A DNA stretch of 28,295 nucleotides, from assembly GCA_050741055.1 (NCBI GenBank), contig JBOIEI010000774.1:1-28295 (forward strand). The letters are read 5' to 3'. The notes below the pieces were generated by a model. The model was given only the letters and a program-made list of their open reading frames with translations, made no database searches and was not told the DNA's origin. Origin of the DNA: Burkholderiales bacterium. Lineage in GTDB: Bacteria > Pseudomonadota > Gammaproteobacteria > Burkholderiales > WYBJ01. The position numbers and the translations under genes are program-made. Every line of letters starts with the position of its first letter. Positions within the stretch are counted from its first letter, which is position 1. Below are positions 1-7,749 of the stretch, piece after piece.

Positions 1-200
1 GGCGCCATGAGACGGCTGTAGCCGTCCGTGCCGCCGCCTTCACTGAAGGGAACGATTATCGTGATCTGCTTGCCGGAAAAGTCCACCGCCGCGGCCACCG
101 CCGTTCCTGCCGCTGCAGCCACTGCGATCAGCGCCGCGAAGCCGAGCGTCGCGACCGTGCGAAACAACGTCCTGGTACCAAGTCTGGTGCATGGGTTCAT
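1..200 (-). CDS. Bug/TctC-family tripartite tricarboxylate transporter substrate-binding protein, N-terminal part (runs off the window edge)
   Basis: Not in the ORF track. Manual translation from the ATG at 200 gives MNPCTRLGTRTLFRTVATLGFAALIAVAAAAGTAVAAAVDFSGKQITIIVPFSEGGGTDGYSRLMAP. This is a signal peptide followed by the Bug N-terminal motif (I.IIVPF..GGGTD..R). A strong RBS, GAGGAGGAGG, lies at 208-217. Confidence 0.88.
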   Translation of the reverse strand, partial: MNPCTRLGTRTLFRTVATLGFAALIAVAAAAGTAVAAAVDFSGKQITIIVPFSEGGGTDGYSRLMA

Positions 201-252
201 GTCCTGGCCTCCTCCTCGATTGGAATGGCAGACGCGTAGTCCCAAACATTTC

Positions 253-269
253 CAGGTGTTGCACACCTG
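253..269. promoter_or_regulatory. Candidate operator: perfect inverted repeat CAGGTGT-tgc-ACACCTG
   Basis: 7-bp perfect inverted repeat with a 3-nt spacer, ~50 bp upstream of the ATG at 200, in intergenic DNA. Confidence 0.3.
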
Positions 270-402
270 ATGACTCGGGATCCCGACCGGAGTTCACGCG
301 CGGCGCACAGCCGCGGTACAGGTTATTCGGCACTCGTCGCCGCAACGAGCGAGTGCGTGCGTACGTGAAGCTGGCAAGCATTGAGTGCTCGCCATACGTA
401 GA

Positions 403-1377
403 TCACTGCGCCTTCAGCCCCGCCTGCTTGACGATGCGCGCCCACTTGGCGATCTCGGCGCGGACGAAGGCGGCGAACTCGGCGGGCGAGTTGCCGACGG
501 GTTCGGCGCCGAGTGTGGCAAGCCGCTCCTTCACATCGGGCTGCGCCAGCATCTTCACCGTCTGCGCATGGATGGTCTTGACGATCGCCGGCGGCGTGCC
601 GGCCGGGAAAAACAATCCGTTCCAGCCGACGATCTCGTAGCCCTTCAGTCCCGCTTCGTCCAGCGTCGGCAGGTCGGGCACGAGCGGCGAGCGTTTCTTG
701 CCCGAAACCGCGAGCGCGCGCAGCTTGCCCGCCTTCACGAACGGCAGCGTGCTCGGGATGTTTTCGAGCATGAGCTGGATCTGGCCGCCGACGAGATCGG
801 CGAGCGCCGGCCCGCCGCCCTTGTAGGGCACGTGTGTCATTTGCAGCCCGGCCATCGCCTTGAGCATTTCGCCGGCGAGGTGAGGCGTGGTGCCGCGGCC
901 GCCGGAACCGAAATTGAGCTTGCCGGGATTGGCCTTGGCATAGTCGATGAGCTCCTTCACCGATTTCACCGGCAGCGCCGGGTTCACCACCAGCATCAAG
1001 GGTGCGGACGCGATCAGGCTGACGGGAATGAAATCCTTCAATGTGTCGTAGGGCAGCTTGCGATACAGACTGGGATTGACCGTGAAGGTGAGGCTCATCA
1101 TGAGCAGCGTGTACCCGTCCGGCGGCGCCTTGGCCGCGAGCTCGGTGCCGACGATGCCGCTCGCGCCCGGCCGGTTGTCCACGATCACCTGCTGGCCGAG
1201 GCCTGCGGTGAAGTTCTGCGCGGCGATTCGCGCCATGATGTCGTTGGAGCCGCCGGGCGAGAACGGAACGATCAGCCGGGTCGGCTTGACCGGATATTCG
1301 GCGGCGTGCGCGCCGATGCCCGCCGCGAGTACGACGAGACCCATGATGCAGGCAAGATGCCGGCCGACCGAATTCAT
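403..1377 (-). CDS. Bug/TctC-family tripartite tricarboxylate transporter substrate-binding protein
   Basis: Motifs YPVKPTRLIVPFSPGGSNDIMAR, VDNRPGASG, PPDGYTLL, HVPYKGGGPALADLVGG and a signal peptide ending AHA. I moved the start from 1434 to the ATG at 1377 (MNSVGRH...), which has an AAGGGGA RBS. Confidence 0.95.
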   Translation of the reverse strand: MNSVGRHLACIMGLVVLAAGIGAHAAEYPVKPTRLIVPFSPGGSNDIMARIAAQNFTAGLGQQVIVDNRPGASGIVGTELAAKAPPDGYTLLMMSLTFTVNPSLYRKLPYDTLKDFIPVSLIASAPLMLVVNPALPVKSVKELIDYAKANPGKLNFGSGGRGTTPHLAGEMLKAMAGLQMTHVPYKGGGPALADLVGGQIQLMLENIPSTLPFVKAGKLRALAVSGKKRSPLVPDLPTLDEAGLKGYEIVGWNGLFFPAGTPPAIVKTIHAQTVKMLAQPDVKERLATLGAEPVGNSPAEFAAFVRAEIAKWARIVKQAGLKAQ

Positions 1378-1598
1378 CTGCTGTCCCCTTTCGACAAGAG
1401 AGTGCTGCGCGCATCGGCATCGATGCCGCTGCAACGAGCCGTTCGCAGCTGATTCTACGCTTGGCCGTCGATCGAACCGGCAAACGGGGACATTGAAAAC
1501 AGGTGCGGCGCGGCGTCAACCGATACCGCGTACGTCGAAGGCGCGCGCAAAGCGGTAGAGCGTGCCAGCCCGCACGGCAGTTGAGCAGCGCGGTGCTG

Positions 1599-3332
1599 CT
1601 ACTCGCCGGCGCTGTCGAATCGCAGCGCGCTCGAGCCTTCGCCCTTGCCGACGTGCTTGCGCAGGCCCAGCCATAAGAGGCTGCTGCCAGAGATCCAGCG
1701 CGTCGATTCGAACTGGCGCGTGACCTTCACGCCGGCTCTCGGTACTTCCTCGTCGTAGAGCGCGAGCCTGGGCACGGCATTGAGCAATTCGCTGCGCGCG
1801 CGCCGGACCGCGTTGGTTCCATCGGGCGCCAGCATGGCGGCGCGCACCAGCCGCAGCGAGGGAGTATTCGCGCTCGTACGCTGCGGTAATAGCGGGATCC
1901 AGTGCGACGGCATGGCAGTCGCCAGCCGATAACGCGGTATCGCGCTTGGCTGCGGCAGTTCGCTCTCGAGCGCATCGGGCTCGGCTGCAGGCTCGAGACG
2001 CTGCTCGACGGGCCCTTGCACGACGTGCTCGACTGCCCACGCCATGTTGGCCATTTCGTCGCGCAGGAACAGGATCTCTTCCAGCGGGCGGCTGGCGAGC
2101 GCGCGCGTGAGGCTCGGGGCAAGGAACAGCAGGTTCGATCTCGGTCGCGCCGGCGCTTCCCCGCGCTGGACGTGGCTCAGCTCGAACATGGACCAGCCGG
2201 TGGCCGGCTTCGACGGCTGGTTGATCGGGGAAAGCAGCGTCTGCACGCCGAACGTATCGGTGACGACGAGCGAGCGCGTCAGCGTCAGCGTGCCAACATC
2301 GAGGTCGATCGGGATCACGTACCAGTCGTTGCCGAAGTTGGTGGCGAACTCGCTCAGCATGAGGTGCGCGATGTCGCCGGGCCCTGCGGGGAGCAGGCCG
2401 TAGTCGATCGCGGCATCTTCGATCTCCCAGAAGCGCTGCGCCGGCGCGCCGCGAAAGCTGACAGGCGCCGGCATGACGGCACGAAGCTGCGCGCTGCTCG
2501 CCTTGTCCTTGGTCGCGCCGAGATTGATTTCGAAATCCAGATCCATGCTGTGCCAGTCGAGATGGCCCTCGGCGTACTGGGTGGCCGTCAACGGCGTTTC
2601 CTCGCCGCCGGGGGCGGCGGCGATCGAGAACGTGTATTCCAGCCGCTCGGGATTCCATGCATCGGCCGCATCGTCATGCGGCAGGCAGAAGAGCGCTTCG
2701 TGCTGCGCCGACCAGGCGTCGATCGCGGCATCGACCTCGGCCCGGTCGGCGGCGGCGATCTGCATGTCGGCCGGCAAATCAATGCGCCGCCCGCGGGCAT
2801 CGCGGAACGCGGCGAGAATCCGCCGTGCATCGGGGGCGCGCTGCGCCATCAAGCGCCAGTACGAGCGCGTTTCGGCATCGAGTTGCGCGATCTCTTCGGC
2901 CGTGGGCGGCTGCAGCGTAAAGCGCGCAAGAAAATCCGCACGGTAGTTGCGCGATGTCGGCTGAGCTTCGAGCAGGCGCAGGAAGTCGAGGCCCGATTCG
3001 ACCGCCAGCTTGAGCGATCCGTGCGGCGTGGGCGTGCGCAGCGGCTGGCGTTCGACCAGCGTCTCGAGCGGCATCGCGCGCGCGTCGTAGCGGGGCGCGT
3101 CGACTTGCGTATCGGGTTCGATGGCGCCGGCGAAATAGCGCGACACGGGCGCAGACTCGCCGCGCCAGCGCGCAAGCACCGGCGTGCCGGTGTCCTCGCC
3201 CTGATATTCGCCGCTCTGCCATTGCCGCGCCAGCAGCCACAGCGGATCGTGGATGCGCGCCTGCACCGATTCGGTCATTTCCTGGTCGCGGCAGCGCGGC
3301 TCCAGGCGTACCCAGCTCGTGATCGATCCCAT
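1599..3332 (-). CDS. Hypothetical protein, 577 aa; last gene of the five-gene operon
   Basis: Long ORF with protein-like composition and Trp/Gly-rich blocks (DPLWLLARQWQSGEYQGEDTGTP, GHLDWHSMD, RFWEIED, DWYVIP, VVTDTFG, FLRDEMANMAWAVE, EEVPRAG). It starts 15 bp after the stop of the upstream gene. Confidence 0.9.
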   Translation of the reverse strand: MGSITSWVRLEPRCRDQEMTESVQARIHDPLWLLARQWQSGEYQGEDTGTPVLARWRGESAPVSRYFAGAIEPDTQVDAPRYDARAMPLETLVERQPLRTPTPHGSLKLAVESGLDFLRLLEAQPTSRNYRADFLARFTLQPPTAEEIAQLDAETRSYWRLMAQRAPDARRILAAFRDARGRRIDLPADMQIAAADRAEVDAAIDAWSAQHEALFCLPHDDAADAWNPERLEYTFSIAAAPGGEETPLTATQYAEGHLDWHSMDLDFEINLGATKDKASSAQLRAVMPAPVSFRGAPAQRFWEIEDAAIDYGLLPAGPGDIAHLMLSEFATNFGNDWYVIPIDLDVGTLTLTRSLVVTDTFGVQTLLSPINQPSKPATGWSMFELSHVQRGEAPARPRSNLLFLAPSLTRALASRPLEEILFLRDEMANMAWAVEHVVQGPVEQRLEPAAEPDALESELPQPSAIPRYRLATAMPSHWIPLLPQRTSANTPSLRLVRAAMLAPDGTNAVRRARSELLNAVPRLALYDEEVPRAGVKVTRQFESTRWISGSSLLWLGLRKHVGKGEGSSALRFDSAGE

Positions 3333-3347
3333 GGCTCGGAGCCTTCT

Positions 3348-6300
3348 TCAACCCATCAACGATCGAAAATCGGGCGCTATCGCGTCGCCATCGGCATTGA
3401 CCGCGAAATGCAACGCGGGCAGAAAGTGCGAGAGCTCCCCCACCGCCTGCGCGCCGGCGATCGGATTCAGCACTGCGGTATCGAGCGCCTCGGCATCGAG
3501 CGCGCGCACCTGCGCCATGGCCAGCGTATCGAGCAGCAGTCGATGCAGGCCGGCGCCGGTCCAGGCCTCACCCGGGACTTGCGGCACGGCGAGCAGCAGC
3601 GCCTGCGGCGCGCGCGAGTCGGGCGCGTCATGCTGAAACGCGATCGCCGTTGTCTCGGCGGCCGACGGCACGACTTCGACCCATTCGTCGACGAGAATCC
3701 CGGCAAGCGGCTTGGCGAGATCGAGCGAGGCGTCGGCATGCACGACGAGCGACAGGCGTCCGGCTGGCATTTCGCGTTCGGGCTCGGCCGCCAAACCGAG
3801 CCAGCGATCGCCATCGATGTGCGGCAGCTGCGCGACGGCGAGCTCCATGCGAGCGCCTGTCCCGGCCGCTTCGGCGGCATTGAGGCAGGCGCCGAGCTGC
3901 GACAACGACTCGCGCACGCGTTGCATCCGCTGGAACCAGGGGTAGACGGCGAGCTTCGTGCCGCCTTGCAGCTTGCTGCTCGCCGCGAGCGATTGCGCGA
4001 GCTCGGCAGCATTCGCAGCCGCGAAACGGGGCAGGGCCAGGAACGAGTCGCCGAATATCGCCTGCAGGCGCTGCGTCGGATGGCTCGCCGCTCTTGCGCG
4101 CGCGACCCGGCGTTCCGCCTCGCTCGCCAATGCGGAACCTTGCGCCGCCAGTGCCTCCGCGTCGGCCAGAGGCTGCGGGCTCGAGCCGGGAATGCCGAAG
4201 CGGCTCAGTCCCGCGATCGCATTGCGTAGCGGGGTCTTGCTGGCAGCCGTGGGAGCGAGCAGTCGCGTTTTGAGCTTTGCCGGCGGTCGCGTCAGCGCGC
4301 TCTGCGCGGCCTTGGCGCGCTTGGCGAGCTCCTTGTCGTCGGTGCCGGCCTCGGCGCCGTGTTGGAGCGAGACGAGATCGCGCGCGTCCAGCGGCCGTGC
4401 GACGGCAAACAGTTGCCGCACGCGCGCGGCGAGCTCCGCCAGCTCGTCGAGCCCCATCTCCGTCGGCGTCCAAGTGGAGTCGCGCTCGCGCGCGAGCCGC
4501 AGCGATTCGCCGGGACCGAGCGCGCCCACCTTGGTGGCCCCGGCCGCCAGCGCGCGCGCATCGATTTCGGGCATCGGCTCGCCCGGGCGTTGCGGCCCGA
4601 AGTACACGACGTCGATCGGCGCGAGGCCGAGCGCGGTCAATCGAAGCTGCGCCGCTCGCCGCACCTTGCCCTGGGCGTCGATCCGCTCGACGCCGAAGCG
4701 GATCCGGTCGAACGGCCCGAGCAGCTTCGCCGCCCATGCATCGAGCTGCGGCTCGGCCTTGGCGCGCGGCGAGACCGGCGAGCTCGGCGCCGTCGTTGCG
4801 TTGAACAGCACGACCACGCGATGCGTGACGGCCAGGCCGCTGCGCGGCGTGCGCACGACATCCAGCTGCGGCGGCGGTGCTTCGCCGCTTGCGATCGCCT
4901 GCAGCGTGGCGCCCGTGCGCACCATGTTGCCGCGCACGGCCTGGTAGGCGGTTTCGGCGATCGCTGCATCGGCTACGGCATCGACCGCGTCCTCCAGCAC
5001 GTCGAGCGCCGGCGCGCACTGAGCGAACAGCGCTGCGAGCGTCGCGGGCGCATTCGGGTTCTTGCGCAGCTCGCGCAGCTTGAGCCCGTCGACGACGTTA
5101 CGCGCGGCGATCGATTCCTCCGGTTTCGTGTCGGGCGCGCTGTTCACCGGCACGAGCGGGGCGGCGGCACGGAAGTCGTCGATGAAGGGGTCGAGCTCGA
5201 GCTCGTGCAGGCGCCGCTCGAACAGATAACCCAGCAGCGCGCCCAGCGGCTGGCCTTGCCGCACGCCGTCGAGCAACATGTTCGCAAGGCGCACGCGGCG
5301 CGAGGACAGATCGACGGCGAAAAGGTCCTGGGCATCGGCCCTTGCGTGCGTGAGATGCGTGTTTCGCAACAGTGCCGCGGCCTGCGCCTGCATGATCGAC
5401 GGCGCGTGGATGAAGCCGCTGTCGTCGGCGCGCGCAAACACCTGGCCGGCCTCGCCGGGAGGCGTTGCCACCGCCGTCTGGCGGGATTCGGGCTTGAGAT
5501 TGAGCACCCAGCCGTAGCCGCCGATGCGAACGCCGGTTGCGTTGCGTGCGCGCATCGCCTGCAATCGGCGCGAGGCAAGCGACGTGAGCCAGGCATCGAT
5601 GCGATGCGATGCGAGGTCGAGCGTGCCGGCCAGCAGGCGTTGCAGCTGCTCGGGCTCGAGGCCCTGCAGATGCGCGAGCGCGACGCGCAGCTCGCCCAGC
5701 GGGGCAAGATCCGGCGAATCGAACTTCGTCAGGGCCGCGAGATATGCGGCCGGCGCGACATTGTTCGTGCCCGGATGCGGGCGCGAGAGCAGCATGCGCC
5801 AGGTGGTGACGGGCGTGGCGGCATTGAGATTGACGAGCTCGCGCTCTTTCAGCAGCGACCCGAGGGGCGCAGCGCCCGGCTGCTTCGCGGCGAGTCGCGC
5901 TGCCGCCGCTGTGTACTCGAGCTGGAGCGCGTGGCGCAGCAGCAGATGCAGCAGCGTCGCGGGCGCAGATGGAGGTGGTGGCGCATCGGTCTCGGTCTGC
6001 GGCAGCGGAGGGGCGGCGAGCAGGGCGGCGATGTAGTTCGGTTCCAACGCCGCAACGCCATCGAGGCTGCCCGCCTGCACCAGCGGCACATTCACCGGCA
6101 GCTCCGACTCGGCATACGCCGCATCTTCCAGCCGTGCATGCCAGTTGAAACCGAGCGCGTTCAGGACCGCACGGGCGAGCGTATCCTGGGCGCCGAGCCA
6201 GCCGCTCGCGCTCAGGTTCTCGCCGAGAAAGCGGCGCAGGTGCTCGATGTAGCGCGGCCCGAGCAGGTGGCGCAATCGATACGAATGCGAGATCGCATCG

Positions 6301-7730
6301 GTCTTCAGCACCGATGCAAGATCTTGCGCGGGATCGTCGCTGCGCCCGATGCGGGCCGCATCCGGCACGCGCGGACGCCACAGCCGATCGAACAGCGTCT
6401 TCAGCACCGTCGCGAGCCAGCGCTCGCGCGCGTCCTCGATGCCGCTCGCCGGCGCACCCAGCGGTGTCACCGGCAATATGCCATACGGCTGCCGGCCGAC
6501 GCGCAAGGTGGGTAGCGGCCCGAATGCGCGCACGTGCGCGATGAAGTGCTCGCGCGCCCACGAGATCGCCTCCAGCGTAAGGCCCGTGCCTTCGAGCCCG
6601 ATCAGGTTCGTAAGGTAATAGCCCCAGGTGGCGGGCCACGAGGCCGTGGCCATCTGCTTCGCATCGAGCTGTTCGGTGAGCCAGGCATCCTTGCAGGTTC
6701 GCAGCGTCGCGTGCGCAGCCGCGGCATCGAATCCGAACGCTCTTCCGAGCAGGTCGGCATTGCTGCCGATCGGAATCTGCGGAGCTCGGCACTCGGTGGC
6801 GAAGCTGCGTGCGTGCAGCGGATCGTGCGACGACCAGCCGGAGGCGGCTTCGGCGCTGTTGTTGGTCGGCGTGCCGACGCGCAGGAAGCCGAGCCCCAGA
6901 GTGTAGTGATGCGCATCGAGCAGCGATGCGATCGCTTGCGTGCCGGCGGCCGGATCGAGCGTGCAGACGCCGAACACGGCCAGAACGTCGATGCCCTGCT
7001 GCACAACCGCGGCCGGCATCGTCAGGCGCAATGCCATGCCGAGCTTCTCGGCTTCGTTGAAGTCCATCATCCAGCGCATGCCGGCGTCGATCGCCGGCTG
7101 ATCGGGCAGCGAATCGGTCGGGTCGCGCGGATCGGGTCCTACCGCGGGTTCGCGCTCGATCGGTGCGCCGAGCGCGTGCGCGACCAGTGCGCCGCGCGCT
7201 GTCGCGGCCGCGATCCAGCGCTGCGGCATCGCACGCGCGAGAGGCGCGCGTTGCCAGCTTGCGCCCGCCGGATCCTCCAGCATCGGCGCTGGACCTAGTT
7301 TGGGCGCGACGAGCAACGCTTTGCCTGCCGGGACCGGTTTGGAGGGCCAGTCGGCGACATTGGTCGGGCTCAACGTGCGCGCGATCCATGCGGCGCGCTG
7401 GGCGTCGAAGCGGTCGGCGAGCTGTTGCCAGGCGACGCGTTCGGTGGCTTCGTCGTGGCCCGCGCGCCAGATCTGCTCCCAGAAATGCTGGCCCCAGCGG
7501 CGTTCGTCCGCCGACAGCGCCGGTTCGTGCGAGTCGACGTGGATCTGGTCGGGAAAGATCCGAACGCGCAGCTCCTGCTTGCCATCGGCAAGCGCGAAGA
7601 AGCGCGTTTCCAGCCGCACAGGCAGAAGCAACAGAGGATGATCCGACGGCACCAGCGCCGCGGTCAGCTCCGGCGGCAGCGTAGGCACGGCGACGACGGT
7701 CGGATCGGCGGGCGAGGGAAGCAGTGGCAT
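3348..7730 (-). CDS. Large hypothetical protein, 1460 aa; fourth gene of the operon
   Basis: Uninterrupted 4.4-kb ORF with motif-like blocks (PLLLLPVRLETRF, RIFPDQIHVDSHE, GTPTNN, LRVGRQPYGILPVT, LDLASHRIDAW, GFIHAPS, GQPLGALLGY.FER, VDEWVEVVP, APQALLLAVP). It starts 19 bp after the upstream stop. No signal peptide is visible. Confidence 0.9.
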   Translation of the reverse strand: MPLLPSPADPTVVAVPTLPPELTAALVPSDHPLLLLPVRLETRFFALADGKQELRVRIFPDQIHVDSHEPALSADERRWGQHFWEQIWRAGHDEATERVAWQQLADRFDAQRAAWIARTLSPTNVADWPSKPVPAGKALLVAPKLGPAPMLEDPAGASWQRAPLARAMPQRWIAAATARGALVAHALGAPIEREPAVGPDPRDPTDSLPDQPAIDAGMRWMMDFNEAEKLGMALRLTMPAAVVQQGIDVLAVFGVCTLDPAAGTQAIASLLDAHHYTLGLGFLRVGTPTNNSAEAASGWSSHDPLHARSFATECRAPQIPIGSNADLLGRAFGFDAAAAHATLRTCKDAWLTEQLDAKQMATASWPATWGYYLTNLIGLEGTGLTLEAISWAREHFIAHVRAFGPLPTLRVGRQPYGILPVTPLGAPASGIEDARERWLATVLKTLFDRLWRPRVPDAARIGRSDDPAQDLASVLKTDAISHSYRLRHLLGPRYIEHLRRFLGENLSASGWLGAQDTLARAVLNALGFNWHARLEDAAYAESELPVNVPLVQAGSLDGVAALEPNYIAALLAAPPLPQTETDAPPPPSAPATLLHLLLRHALQLEYTAAAARLAAKQPGAAPLGSLLKERELVNLNAATPVTTWRMLLSRPHPGTNNVAPAAYLAALTKFDSPDLAPLGELRVALAHLQGLEPEQLQRLLAGTLDLASHRIDAWLTSLASRRLQAMRARNATGVRIGGYGWVLNLKPESRQTAVATPPGEAGQVFARADDSGFIHAPSIMQAQAAALLRNTHLTHARADAQDLFAVDLSSRRVRLANMLLDGVRQGQPLGALLGYLFERRLHELELDPFIDDFRAAAPLVPVNSAPDTKPEESIAARNVVDGLKLRELRKNPNAPATLAALFAQCAPALDVLEDAVDAVADAAIAETAYQAVRGNMVRTGATLQAIASGEAPPPQLDVVRTPRSGLAVTHRVVVLFNATTAPSSPVSPRAKAEPQLDAWAAKLLGPFDRIRFGVERIDAQGKVRRAAQLRLTALGLAPIDVVYFGPQRPGEPMPEIDARALAAGATKVGALGPGESLRLARERDSTWTPTEMGLDELAELAARVRQLFAVARPLDARDLVSLQHGAEAGTDDKELAKRAKAAQSALTRPPAKLKTRLLAPTAASKTPLRNAIAGLSRFGIPGSSPQPLADAEALAAQGSALASEAERRVARARAASHPTQRLQAIFGDSFLALPRFAAANAAELAQSLAASSKLQGGTKLAVYPWFQRMQRVRESLSQLGACLNAAEAAGTGARMELAVAQLPHIDGDRWLGLAAEPEREMPAGRLSLVVHADASLDLAKPLAGILVDEWVEVVPSAAETTAIAFQHDAPDSRAPQALLLAVPQVPGEAWTGAGLHRLLLDTLAMAQVRALDAEALDTAVLNPIAGAQAVGELSHFLPALHFAVNADGDAIAPDFRSLMG

Positions 7731-7749
7731 GGCGTGCGCGCTCTGCGGC

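Noticed and set aside
267..300. CTGATGA followed by a stem, resembling a hammerhead ribozyme core
   Set aside because: No GAAA follows the stem and stems I and III cannot be formed.
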